From contig JAIYAW010000004.1 in NCBI GenBank assembly GCA_027488835.1, forward strand, positions 71,271-135,270: a stretch of DNA of 64,000 nt. Direction: 5' to 3'. The stretch's first letter is position 1. Each line of letters starts with the position of its first letter. The translations under genes and the position numbers were made by a program. The notes under the pieces are model-generated. The model was not told where the DNA came from. It did no database searches and worked only from the letters and a program-made list of their open reading frames with translations. Shown here piece by piece: positions 10,535 through 19,958 of this stretch. This stretch comes from Bacteroidota bacterium. GTDB lineage: Bacteria > Bacteroidota > Bacteroidia > NS11-12g > UBA955.

Positions 10535-11407
10535 TTATTTCCTAGGATGAAGTTGATGAATTTTCTTCAACTTTTCAAATGAGTTTTTGGTATAAACTTG
10601 TGTGGCCGATAAATTGGCATGACCCAATATATCTTTTATGGCCATCAGGTTTGCTCCATTGTTCAACATATGTGTTGCAAATGAGTGTCGCAATACATGC
10701 GGACTTGTTTTAGAAGCATGTGAAAAGAGTTTTAAATACTTGTTTACAAGTCGGTAAACAAAAACTGGATATAGAGGTTCTCCAGATTCTAAGGTGAATA
10801 AAAAGCCCCTTTCTATTTTAGAAACATATCCTTTTAATAAATCAATGCCCTCATCATGGAGTGGAATTAATCTTACTTTGTTTCTTTTTCCCAAAACCCT
10901 TAACGTATTCCGCGATAAATCCACATCGCTGTTTTTGAGTCCAACCAATTCCGATAAACGCATTCCAGAGGTATAAAATAGCAGTAAGAGTAATCTATCT
11001 CTTTCGCCATGTTGCACTTCGTTCCAAGGAAACCGTTCAAACATGTTTTTTAGGTCTTCTGCGGGAATATCTTTGACCAGGTGTTTTGGTGTTTTAGGGA
11101 CAGATATTTTGATTAAGGGGTCATGGTCAATCACACCATCTTTTCGTAGGTGTTTCACCAGTGCTCTCAGGCTTGATATTTTCCTATGGATACTTCTTGG
11201 TGCAATATTGTGTTGTATCATGTCCGACATCCAAGCCCTTACATGCATTGCTTTGAGTTGATTGATGCTTGGATTGCCAATTGACATTAGGAATGCCACA
11301 AACTGCTCTAAATCGCCTCTGTATGCAACAGTTGTATGGATGCTCATCCTTTTATTCTTCTCAATGTAAAAGATAAAGTCATCTATATGTTGTTGCCACG
11401 GCGTCAT
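10535..11407 (-). CDS. xerC: Tyrosine recombinase XerC
   Basis: SGMRLSEL, GKRNKVR, PHVLRHSFATHML, LGHANLSATQVY (R-K-H-R-H-Y residues); directly downstream of rpsU, as is typical in Bacteroidota. Confidence 0.88.
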   Translation of the reverse strand: MTPWQQHIDDFIFYIEKNKRMSIHTTVAYRGDLEQFVAFLMSIGNPSINQLKAMHVRAWMSDMIQHNIAPRSIHRKISSLRALVKHLRKDGVIDHDPLIKISVPKTPKHLVKDIPAEDLKNMFERFPWNEVQHGERDRLLLLLFYTSGMRLSELVGLKNSDVDLSRNTLRVLGKRNKVRLIPLHDEGIDLLKGYVSKIERGFLFTLESGEPLYPVFVYRLVNKYLKLFSHASKTSPHVLRHSFATHMLNNGANLMAIKDILGHANLSATQVYTKNSFEKLKKIHQLHPRK

Positions 11408-11460
11408 AATACGAAGATAATGGAATTAAGGTACAGAATTTTTGTGTAATTTGGATAAAC

Positions 11461-11486
11461 AAAAAAAGCCGCTTAAAAGCGGCTTT
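11461..11486 (-). terminator. Intrinsic terminator after rpsU
   Basis: Minus strand AAAGCCGCTT-TT-AAGCGGCTTTTTTT. Confidence 0.85.
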
Positions 11487-11508
11487 GAATATATTTTGAG
11501 CGGAAGGA

Positions 11509-11706
11509 TTATCCTTCTACCTCTTGAGTTTGCATCTTAAGTTTGTAAGCCGCACGAATTTTTTGCATACGTTTGGTAATGCAAGGTTTTTCAAAGGCTT
11601 GACGAGAACGTAATTCTTTAACTACGCCAGTTTTTTCAAATTTCTTTTTGAATTTCTTAAGTGCTTTTTCTAGAGAATCGCTTTCTTTTACGTTTATTAT
11701 AAGCAT
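11509..11706 (-). CDS. rpsU: 30S ribosomal protein bS21
   Basis: MLIINVKESDSLEKALKKFKKKFEKTGVVKELRSRQAFEKP, Bacteroidota-type bS21. Confidence 0.97.
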   Translation of the reverse strand: MLIINVKESDSLEKALKKFKKKFEKTGVVKELRSRQAFEKPCITKRMQKIRAAYKLKMQTQEVEG

Positions 11707-11737
11707 GCTATTGTGTTTTTATTTGTTATTAGGGTTG

Positions 11738-11745
11738 CAAAGATA
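11738..11745 (-). promoter_or_regulatory. Bacteroidota -7 promoter element for rpsU
   Basis: TATCTTTG (TAnnTTTG consensus) followed by CAACCC, about 30 nt upstream of the rpsU ATG. Confidence 0.75.
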
Positions 11746-11774
11746 ATAAAAAACTCTTTTTTAAACAAATGTTA

Positions 11775-12917
11775 TTAATCTTTTAAAATTTGTCTTGAAA
11801 TCACGAGTTTTTGAATTTCACTGGTGCCTTCACCAATGGTGCATAACTTACAGTCGCGATAGAATTTTTCTACAGGGAAATCTTTCGTATAACCATAACC
11901 TCCAAAAATTTGGACAGCCTCATTGGCAACTCTTACGCAAACTTCGCTAGCATAATATTTTGCCATCGCGCCTACTTTGGTTACGCTTTTGCCATTGTTT
12001 TTCAAATGTGCACTTTCTTGTATAAGTAATTCAGCCGCTTCAATTTGCGTAGCCATATCTGCAAGTTTGAATCCTATTGCTTGGAATTGTGAAATAGGTT
12101 GACCAAATTGTTCACGTTCTTTCGAGTATTTCAGAGCAGCTTCGTAAGCTCCTTTGGCAATACCCAAACTCAAAGCAGCAATAGAAATTCTACCACCATC
12201 TAACACTTTCATTGCCTGGATAAATCCATCACCTACATTTCCCAAAACATTTTCTTCAGGAATTCGGCAATCTTCAAAAATCATTTCGGCAGTTTCGGAA
12301 GCACGCATTCCCAATTTATTTTCTTTTTTACCGCCTTTAAAGCCTGGTGTTCCTCTTTCAACTACGAAAGCAGTGATTCCATGCGAGTCTAAAAGTTCGC
12401 CCGTTCTAGCCAATACTACGGCAATATCGCCGGTAATGCCATGGGTAATCCAATTCTTTGAACCATTTAACACCCACTCGTTGCCATCTTTCTTGGCAAC
12501 ACACTTCATGCGCAATGCATCTGATCCTGTATTTGCTTCGGTTAAACCCCACGCTCCAATCCATTCGGCAGTAGCTAATTTTGGCAACCATCTTTTCTTT
12601 TGGTCGTCGTTTGCAAATTGCAAAATATGACCGGTGCATAAACTGTTGTGTGCAGCCATACTTAATCCAATACTTCCGCAAACTTTTGATAATTCGTCAA
12701 TAGCCGCATAATATTCTAAATATCCAAATCCGGAACCATTATATTCTTCAGGAACCAAAACACCCATTAATCCAAGTTTTCCAAGTTCTTTAAAAACATG
12801 GACTGGGAATGTTTGTGATTCATCCCACTCCATCAAATGGGGTCTAACATTTCTCTCAGCAAAATCGCGTACCATTTGACGCACCATTTGCACACTTTCG
12901 TTTTCTTGGAAATTCAT
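11775..12917 (-). CDS. Acyl-CoA dehydrogenase
   Basis: [52 protein letters not shown]. Confidence 0.96.
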   Translation of the reverse strand: MNFQENESVQMVRQMVRDFAERNVRPHLMEWDESQTFPVHVFKELGKLGLMGVLVPEEYNGSGFGYLEYYAAIDELSKVCGSIGLSMAAHNSLCTGHILQFANDDQKKRWLPKLATAEWIGAWGLTEANTGSDALRMKCVAKKDGNEWVLNGSKNWITHGITGDIAVVLARTGELLDSHGITAFVVERGTPGFKGGKKENKLGMRASETAEMIFEDCRIPEENVLGNVGDGFIQAMKVLDGGRISIAALSLGIAKGAYEAALKYSKEREQFGQPISQFQAIGFKLADMATQIEAAELLIQESAHLKNNGKSVTKVGAMAKYYASEVCVRVANEAVQIFGGYGYTKDFPVEKFYRDCKLCTIGEGTSEIQKLVISRQILKD

Positions 12918-12992
12918 AATTTGCCTTACAAAATTAACGAAATTTTTTGCAGTGAAACTACCAATTACAAAAAATATTTTTAGAATAAATGA

Positions 12993-13754
12993 TTAACGAA
13001 AAATCAAATATGGTGTCAGTTTAAGACTTGTTTCGCTTGACATTCCTGAAATTTCTTTGAACTTATTTATTGTTAAGGGAAAGTGAGCATTTTTATAGGC
13101 CCAAATTATTTTAGCCAAGTCTTTTCCGATATATGGATGTTTATACAAAGTGGCTATTTCACAGTGGTTAATTTCTATTTTATTTAAAGCAGATAAATCA
13201 ATTTTAAAAGTAATGTTGCTGTTTAGCAATATTGAACTATCAAAGTACTTTATTTCTAACAATTGGAATTTGTTGATATACCCGCCGAGTCGATCGCGGT
13301 AACGAATGATTCTTCGTGCAGTTTTTCCACCTATGCCAGGAAGCGATTCAAATTCAGTACTATCCGCCCGATTGAGATCAATGGTATATTTTTCAGCTTT
13401 GGCTTTTGAGGCTGCATCAACTAGCACATGCAGAATGACGGCACTGTCTAAGCTCGTTTTTGCGCAAAGTTCGCTCAATGAACCTATGTTTGGGTTGTGG
13501 TGAATGGCTTTCAAAATTTTTAATGCCACACTCGGGTAAATACCGTATTCTTTTCTTTTGAAATTGGAGTAATTGTAATTTTTTGATCTTACAAAAAGAA
13601 GAGAATCTTGTTTCGCATCAACCAAAATATTCTTGGCATAAACAGTTTGCCAATAATTGATTTGAAGTATCAGTAAAATGAAACTTCCAAAAAGGGATGT
13701 CCCTACAAATGCAGGTTTGCGAAAAAAGGAAATGCGTTGGGAATGGTGAACCAT
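12993..13754 (-). CDS. ComEA-like helix-hairpin-helix DNA-binding protein
   Basis: N-terminal TM helix; IDLNRAD...LPGIGGKTARRIIRYRDRLGG and a second HhH (HPYIG). Confidence 0.8.
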   Translation of the reverse strand: MVHHSQRISFFRKPAFVGTSLFGSFILLILQINYWQTVYAKNILVDAKQDSLLFVRSKNYNYSNFKRKEYGIYPSVALKILKAIHHNPNIGSLSELCAKTSLDSAVILHVLVDAASKAKAEKYTIDLNRADSTEFESLPGIGGKTARRIIRYRDRLGGYINKFQLLEIKYFDSSILLNSNITFKIDLSALNKIEINHCEIATLYKHPYIGKDLAKIIWAYKNAHFPLTINKFKEISGMSSETSLKLTPYLIFR

Positions 13755-13763
13755 TCCGTAAAA

Positions 13764-15011
13764 TTATGAAACAGATGCGAGTGTTTCTTTGCGATATTCG
13801 CCAGAATCCAATTTGCTTTTCACAGATTTAAACGCGTTAATTGTGATTTGTACATCTTCTAATGTATGAACAGCGGTAGGAATCAAACGAAGCATGATTA
13901 CTCCCTTTGGTACAACAGGATAAACAACAATGCTACAGAAGATATTGTAGTTTTCCCTTAAATCATAAGTCATGTGGGTGGCCTCAGGAATTGTTCCGTT
14001 TAACAAAACAGGGGTAACCGGGGTAGTGGTAATTCCAATGTTAAAACCAGCATCTTTTAATCCGCCCTGTAATGCGTGAACAATTTTCCAAAGATTTTCT
14101 TTATGTTCAGGCTGTGTGCGCATCATTTCTAGGCGTTTGATAGAACCAACAACCATAGGCATTGGCAATGCTTTTGCATAAATTTGAGAACGCATGTTAT
14201 AACGTAAGAACTTAATTACATTCGGTTCAGATCCAATAAATGCACCAATTCCTGCCATAGATTTGGCAAAAGTTGAGAAGTAAACATCAATGCCATCTTG
14301 GCAGCCTTGCTCTTCGCCAGTTCCCGCACCGGTTTTGCCCATAGTGCCAAACCCGTGGGCATCATCAACAAACAAACGGAAATTATACTTTTCTTTGAGT
14401 GCAACTATTTCTTTCAATTTGCCTTGAGAACCACTCATGCCAAAAACACCTTCAGTAATAACCATTACGCCACCACCAGTTTCTTCAGCCAATTTTGTTG
14501 CCCTAACCAATTGTTTTTCGCAATCTTCAACATTGTTATGTTTGTAAACAAACCTTTTTCCAAGGTGTAATCTAAGTCCATCAATAATACAAGCATGCGC
14601 TTCAGCATCATAAACCACCACGTCGTGTCGGTCTAACAATGCATCGATTGCGCTAACAACTCCTTGGTAACCAAAATTTAGAAGAATTACATCTGGTTTT
14701 TCAATAAAACTAGCTAAGTCACTTTCTAATTGTTCGTGATAATTGCTATTTCCGCTCATCATTCTGGCACCCATTGGGTATGCCATGCCAAATTGAGTTG
14801 CAGCATCCGAATCAGCCTTCATCACATCGGGGTGATTTGCAAGTCCTAAATAATTATTCAAACTCCAGTTCAACTTTTCAACACCCCTAAAATTCATCCT
14901 GGGGCCAATTTGTCCCTCAAGTTTAGGAAAAGTAAAATAACCATGCGCATCATCTGCGTGCATGCCCAATGGGCCCATTTTGTCGTATAGTTTGTCGAAA
15001 ATATCTTTCAT
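13764..15011 (-). CDS. PLP-dependent alpha-oxoamine synthase (BioF/serine palmitoyltransferase family)
   Basis: NNYLGL, HACIIDG, TEGVFGMSG, VDDAHGFG, STFAKS (PLP lysine). Substrate cannot be determined from sequence alone. Confidence 0.9.
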   Translation of the reverse strand: MKDIFDKLYDKMGPLGMHADDAHGYFTFPKLEGQIGPRMNFRGVEKLNWSLNNYLGLANHPDVMKADSDAATQFGMAYPMGARMMSGNSNYHEQLESDLASFIEKPDVILLNFGYQGVVSAIDALLDRHDVVVYDAEAHACIIDGLRLHLGKRFVYKHNNVEDCEKQLVRATKLAEETGGGVMVITEGVFGMSGSQGKLKEIVALKEKYNFRLFVDDAHGFGTMGKTGAGTGEEQGCQDGIDVYFSTFAKSMAGIGAFIGSEPNVIKFLRYNMRSQIYAKALPMPMVVGSIKRLEMMRTQPEHKENLWKIVHALQGGLKDAGFNIGITTTPVTPVLLNGTIPEATHMTYDLRENYNIFCSIVVYPVVPKGVIMLRLIPTAVHTLEDVQITINAFKSVKSKLDSGEYRKETLASVS

Positions 15012-15080
15012 CTGAAGTGAACGTTAATCAAAAGTTATTAATATGCAAATTTATTTGTTTTCTGGAAAAAATGAAAAAGC

Positions 15081-15791
15081 TTATTTACCAATTATGAACA
15101 CACAAGGTACTTTGCCAATTTCTGGTACACTATTTCTCCAATCAGTGATAGTTTTTGTTACAATTGTTTGGTTTTCACCGTGTAAATCGTATCCAATACA
15201 GAGTTTATAATCTTGAGGGATATTTTTAATAAACCATTGCACCAATCTATCTGTTCTATAAGGCGTTTCAATGAAAATATGGGACGGTGTTCTTTTTTCA
15301 TTCGGGATCAAAGTTTTCGACCAGTTTTTCAATTCATCATCTTTCAACGGTGCATAACCATGAAATGTAAATGATTGTCCATTAAGTCCACTTGCTGCCA
15401 AAGTTAATATCAAACTACTAGGCCCAATTAGCGGAGAAACGGTTAATTTACGCTTGTGTGCCCATTCAACAATTTTGTTTCCTGGATCGGCAATGCAGGG
15501 CATACCTGCTTCACTACAAACACCAATTTTGCTCTGTTTTAAATTTTCATTTAGAAAAGCTTCTATCTCTTGTTGCTTTGTGTCGCGCGTTAATTCTAAA
15601 ATGTCTAAATTAGGAATATTAATTCCTATTTGTAAACTGCTGATAAATCGACGCAATGTTCTTGCATTTTCTGCAACCCAACAGGTTATTGTTGATAATT
15701 CATGACGATAATAGGCGGTATCCATTTGTTCCCAGCTTTTTTCGCCAATTGGCAAAGGCAATAATACTATTTCACAACTTGTTTTTTGCAT
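15081..15791 (-). CDS. Tetrapyrrole-methylase-fold SAM-dependent methyltransferase (RsmI-like)
   Basis: SEAGMPCIADPG, GPSS, SGLNGQSFTFHGY, FIETPYR. Start moved to ATG 15791. Confidence 0.85.
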   Translation of the reverse strand: MQKTSCEIVLLPLPIGEKSWEQMDTAYYRHELSTITCWVAENARTLRRFISSLQIGINIPNLDILELTRDTKQQEIEAFLNENLKQSKIGVCSEAGMPCIADPGNKIVEWAHKRKLTVSPLIGPSSLILTLAASGLNGQSFTFHGYAPLKDDELKNWSKTLIPNEKRTPSHIFIETPYRTDRLVQWFIKNIPQDYKLCIGYDLHGENQTIVTKTITDWRNSVPEIGKVPCVFIIGK

Positions 15792-15870
15792 TGGGGCAAA
15801 ACTCGTAAAATAAATTCGATTTCCCACCTAATTTCTTTATTCCAACGCTTTTTAATAGTAATTTCGCAAT

Positions 15871-16158
15871 GTGAATTTTTTACGCTCGCTTCAGAATCGA
15901 TGGAAGGTTGATTCAATTGGAAAAGTAGTTTTGATTTTATTGGTCTTTTGTTTAACTGGAACGACTGTTGTTTATCTCAAAAAGTATGTAAAACCATATC
16001 TTGGCGATGAATGGTACATTGATTTTGTTTATTACATCCTTATTTTGCCGTTTTACAACATCATTTTGTTGGTCTACGGTTTTTTATTGGGACAAGGACG
16101 ATATTTTTTGAACTTTGAAAAGCGTTTCTTTTCGAGAATTTTTAAACGTAAAAGTTAA
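15871..16158 (+). CDS. Small membrane protein (DUF6787-like)
   Basis: LQNRWKV...ILLVFCLTGTT...PFYNIILLVYGFLLGQ..YF.NFEKR, a pattern I recognise from a Bacteroidota family. Confidence 0.7.
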   Translation: MNFLRSLQNRWKVDSIGKVVLILLVFCLTGTTVVYLKKYVKPYLGDEWYIDFVYYILILPFYNIILLVYGFLLGQGRYFLNFEKRFFSRIFKRKS

Positions 16159-16164
16159 CCATCG

Positions 16165-17214
16165 ATGCTGAATAAGGAAAATGTTTTAAAAGCATTGGCT
16201 AATGTTGAAGATCCGGATTTAAAGAAGGACCTGGTGACATTGGGTATGATTGAGAAGTTAGACATCAATGATAAACTTGTTTCTTTTGATTTGATTTTAA
16301 CAACTCCCGCTTGTCCTATGAAGGACATGTTGGTGAATGCCTGTAAAACGGCCATTAAGTACATGGTTGATAAAGATGCTGAGGTAAACATAAGGGTTGA
16401 TAGTCGTGTGCAACAAAATGCACGTACCGATAATGCACTGCCAGGGGTTAAGCACGTGATTGCCGTAGCTTCTGGAAAAGGCGGGGTAGGTAAAAGTACT
16501 TTATCTGCAACTTTGGCTTTGAGTTTGTCACATTTGGGAGCAAAAGTTGGATTGCTTGATGCCGATATTTATGGTCCAAGTCTTCCCACATTGTTCAATG
16601 TGCATGAGTCCCCCGAAATGATTGAAGTTGACGGGAAGCAGCGCATGATTCCTGTTGAATCACATGGTTTGAAATTACTCAGCATTGGATTTATGACAGC
16701 ACCGGGGCAAGCAGTTGTTTGGCGTGGTCCTATGATTTCCAGTGCATTTAAGCAGTTTATACACGATGTTGAATGGGGTGAATTGGATTATTTAATTGTT
16801 GATTTGCCTCCGGGAACTGGTGATGTACAGATCACATTGGCACAGCAAGCACCATTAACTGGGGTAGTGGTTGTAACAACGCCTCAAGAAATGGCATTAA
16901 CCGATGCGCGAAGGGCAATTGATATGTTTTCGTTGGATGCAATTAAAAAGCCAATAATAGGTGTTGTTGAAAATATGAGTTACTTCATTCCCGAAGATGC
17001 GCCAGACAAAAAATATTATGTTTTCGGAAATGGCGGGGGACATAAATTGGCTGAGGAATACAATTTGCCATTCCTGGGAGAATTGCCTTTAAATCCTGCT
17101 ATTGGTGCAAATGCGGATTCAGGGAAATGGGATTTTGCCCACGAAAACATGTTGCCATATATTGCAGTTTCTCAAGAAATTGCAAGAAATGTAAGCATGA
17201 TGGTAGCCAAGTGA
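16165..17214 (+). CDS. mrp: Mrp/NBP35/ApbC Fe-S cluster carrier ATPase
   Basis: N-terminal DUF59 (TTPACP), SGKGGVGKST, DADIYGPS, WRGPM, DLPPGTGD, ENMS. Confidence 0.95.
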   Translation: MLNKENVLKALANVEDPDLKKDLVTLGMIEKLDINDKLVSFDLILTTPACPMKDMLVNACKTAIKYMVDKDAEVNIRVDSRVQQNARTDNALPGVKHVIAVASGKGGVGKSTLSATLALSLSHLGAKVGLLDADIYGPSLPTLFNVHESPEMIEVDGKQRMIPVESHGLKLLSIGFMTAPGQAVVWRGPMISSAFKQFIHDVEWGELDYLIVDLPPGTGDVQITLAQQAPLTGVVVVTTPQEMALTDARRAIDMFSLDAIKKPIIGVVENMSYFIPEDAPDKKYYVFGNGGGHKLAEEYNLPFLGELPLNPAIGANADSGKWDFAHENMLPYIAVSQEIARNVSMMVAK

Positions 17215-17252
17215 ATTTGTCAATCCATTGAAAAATAACTATCTTTGTAACA

Positions 17253-17486
17253 ATGCCATTAACACTTAAAATAGAATCCGTTTTAGACACCATTCGTCCT
17301 TATTTACAAGCCGATGGTGGTGATGTTGAGTTGGTAGAAGTTCTTAGCAATAATGATGTTATTCTGCGTCTTACTGGCGCTTGCAGCAGTTGCTCAATGA
17401 GTGAAATGACCATGACGGCGGGTATTGAAGAGAGCTTGCGCAAGTCTATTCCAGATTTAGGTAAAATTGTCGCAGTTAAAGAATAA
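17253..17486 (+). CDS. NifU C-terminal (NfuA-like) Fe-S scaffold
   Basis: IRPYLQADGGDVEL...GACSSC (CxxC). Confidence 0.92.
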   Translation: MPLTLKIESVLDTIRPYLQADGGDVELVEVLSNNDVILRLTGACSSCSMSEMTMTAGIEESLRKSIPDLGKIVAVKE

Positions 17487-18363
17487 ATATTACCAAAATT
17501 TACTTATTCAATTGCTAGGAATACCGCTTCCTGCTGTTGTATTAACAATGATATTGTTGAAAAACAATATTCCTGTTTACGAGGTGTTTCAATCTTATTC
17601 AACCTCTGAAAATGCAAACATTCAGCTTCCAATTTTTGGAGCCATGTTTTTGTTCGCATCTACCCTGATCATTTACGCTTTGGATTTTTTGAGGGACATT
17701 GCTTTTTGGCAAAAATCAGGAATGCAAATCCCAAAATTTGGTAAATTACTTGCGGGTGCTTATGTTATTCTAGGATTTGTTGTCTTTGTGGGTTTGCTTA
17801 TCACCATGATTAAAAATGGGGAATCGAAATTAATTCTCATTGGAGAGGGAATAAAAGGTTTTTTAAATGGCTACACCGCTGCAATCATTGTGCTCATTGG
17901 TGTTTTTGTAATTATTAAAAATTCAAGCCTTAAGTTTATGTCAATCTTGACGCCATGCATTATTGCGCTTGTTGCGGCTATGTCTGTTTTTGCCCCAATT
18001 TATTTGATATCGGATATAGAAGGATTTAAATGGACGAATGATTTTACTCAGCCAATAATATCCTATGTATTGTTGTTTATTGCCAATGTAGTTACTGTTT
18101 CATTTTTTGAAAAGGAAAAAGACGCTGAAGGAAACACACAAAACATTTGGAATACGAATGAAAGTTTGGCAAGAGCTATCATATTTATTGTTCCAACTTT
18201 GATGATTTTATTGCATTGGTTTTTTCACTGGAACATCCACCAGCATTCAATTTTCTTTGTATTTGCCATTTATTTGATCATGTATTATTTTCCTGCTTTC
18301 TTTAAAAAAGCATCTGTGTATAGAATTGTAATTGACTTGGCCTTATTGCTTGTCTGCATTTGA
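17467..18363 (+). CDS. Multi-pass membrane protein, unknown function (start uncertain)
   Basis: About 8-9 hydrophobic helices in a long open frame. Confidence 0.65.
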   Translation: MSQLKNKYYQNLLIQLLGIPLPAVVLTMILLKNNIPVYEVFQSYSTSENANIQLPIFGAMFLFASTLIIYALDFLRDIAFWQKSGMQIPKFGKLLAGAYVILGFVVFVGLLITMIKNGESKLILIGEGIKGFLNGYTAAIIVLIGVFVIIKNSSLKFMSILTPCIIALVAAMSVFAPIYLISDIEGFKWTNDFTQPIISYVLLFIANVVTVSFFEKEKDAEGNTQNIWNTNESLARAIIFIVPTLMILLHWFFHWNIHQHSIFFVFAIYLIMYYFPAFFKKASVYRIVIDLALLLVCI

Positions 18364-18516
18364 AAAGCTTCTTGTTGCTTCGCTATTGATCGCTTCGCCT
18401 GTTTAAGCCTCGATGTTACCCTTGTTGGTCAGCCTTCGCTGGTTTAAAGCCACTTGGCATTTATGAATTACATACCTAACAACTTTTATAAACTTTTATA
18501 AACCTTTCAATTCCCC
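18364..18516 (-). repeat. Modular intergenic repeat element, copy 1 (most degenerate)
   Basis: Minus strand: GGGGAATTGAAAG GTTTATAAAA GTTTATAAAA GTTG... then TAAAC/CAAC-linked hairpins CAGCGAAGGCTG, GGCGAAGC, GCGAAGC. Lies between convergent genes and overlaps the tdk stop. Confidence 0.75.
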
Positions 18517-19046
18517 TTCTTCCAATGCTCCAAACACCTTGGTTCATAAATATTGTTATGCCCAACTATGATAAGTTCGTCTGATTTTATATTACGATAA
18601 GTGTAATCTGCTTTTTGATTGCAAACTTGACATTTTGCTGAAACTTGAATGAGGGAAGTTGCAAGCTTCTTTAAAATTGGCATCGGTCCAAAATCATTGT
18701 TTTGATAATCCTTGTCTAATCCAGCGGCAACCACTTTGACGTTGTTGCTTAACAATTCACCAATAACTTCAACAATCATCGGGCCCATGAATTGAATTTC
18801 ATCAATGTAAACTTCTTTAATGTTTTGGTTCATTAACGGATATATTTCTTCGGCTTTGCCAATTCTATGGGCAATCAGTGATAATCCACCATGAGAGTGA
18901 ATTGACTGTGCTGAATAGCGATTATCAATGAGTGGTTTTACTGCCAATTTTTCGTTGATATCTATTTGACTTTCGTTGTAAAGCCCTATTAAACGGGTGG
19001 TTTTCCCCGCAAACATACATCCAAAAATAAGTGTAAAATCTCTCAT
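18507..19046 (-). CDS. tdk: Thymidine kinase
   Basis: GCMFAGKTT, IDEIQF, AGLDKDY..FGP, Zn site CQVC...YEPRCLEH. Confidence 0.93.
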   Translation of the reverse strand: MRDFTLIFGCMFAGKTTRLIGLYNESQIDINEKLAVKPLIDNRYSAQSIHSHGGLSLIAHRIGKAEEIYPLMNQNIKEVYIDEIQFMGPMIVEVIGELLSNNVKVVAAGLDKDYQNNDFGPMPILKKLATSLIQVSAKCQVCNQKADYTYRNIKSDELIIVGHNNIYEPRCLEHWKKGN

Positions 19047-19097
19047 ATTTAAATTAAAACATCGTTGTAAATTTCCCGAAATTTAAGTAATTAGATC

Positions 19098-19925
19098 ATG
19101 AACTCAAGAATCACTGAAATTCTAGAAAATTTAGCAATATTAAGCCAAGCTTTGCATTCAGACCAAGAAAATGTAAATACAATTGACATTTTGGGCGAAA
19201 TTAAATTGTTGTCGGCACAATTGTATTTGGAATCTGATATGGAAATTATCACTTCTAACAAGCCTGAGGAAGTCCCCGTTTTTGAAGAAGAAGTTATTGA
19301 AAATGATTCAACTGAAGAGTTATTTGATGAAGTTCCGGTTTTTACTTTTGTAAAGAACGAACCTGAAATAGAAGAAATTGCAATAGAAGAGAATCTATCA
19401 ATTGAAAATAATTTTGAAGAAGATTTGCAAATTTCGCAAGAGTTTGAACCTGAAATTCCTGGAGAAACATTGTCTCACATTCAGATTAACCAAACTACTG
19501 TTGAAATTGAAAATATTCCGAGCTTATTTGACGAATTAGAACCTGAATTGTCTTTGGAAGAAGCAGAAGATATTGCTAATGAAGTAATTGCAGAAGAAGT
19601 TATAGTGAATTCCATTGTTGAATCGAAGATGGAATACGAAATCATCATGCCTCCATCTGTTCAAGAAAATATGAAAAAGGCAGAAGCTACTGCCAATGCA
19701 AATGCCATCATTGGTCAATTTTCGTTAACACGTAGATATGAATTTATGAATTTCTTGTTTGCAGGGGATATGAATAAGTTTACTGTATTTGTTTCTGAAA
19801 TGTTAACCGCTCCTGCCGGAGAATTGCGAGAAACAGTTTACGAAAAGTGGTACGACGAAAATCAGTGGAGTAGAAAGTATGAAACTGCTGCCGATTTGAA
19901 AAAGAACTTGAGTAAATTATTATAA
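19098..19925 (+). CDS. Hypothetical protein with Glu-rich, probably disordered middle
   Basis: Long ORF, very acidic centre, folded-looking C-terminus (FSLTRRYEFMNFLFAGD). Confidence 0.7.
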   Translation: MNSRITEILENLAILSQALHSDQENVNTIDILGEIKLLSAQLYLESDMEIITSNKPEEVPVFEEEVIENDSTEELFDEVPVFTFVKNEPEIEEIAIEENLSIENNFEEDLQISQEFEPEIPGETLSHIQINQTTVEIENIPSLFDELEPELSLEEAEDIANEVIAEEVIVNSIVESKMEYEIIMPPSVQENMKKAEATANANAIIGQFSLTRRYEFMNFLFAGDMNKFTVFVSEMLTAPAGELRETVYEKWYDENQWSRKYETAADLKKNLSKLL

Positions 19926-19958
19926 GCGATTTTTCAGGTTGGAGCATTTGTTCCAATC

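Noticed and set aside
10535-11407. Tyrosine recombinase as an integron or phage integrase acting on the repeats
   Set aside because: Size, motifs and position next to rpsU fit housekeeping XerC, with no IntI-specific insertion. The repeats run GTTTA...TAAAC, the opposite order to attC (RYYYAAC...GTTRRRY).
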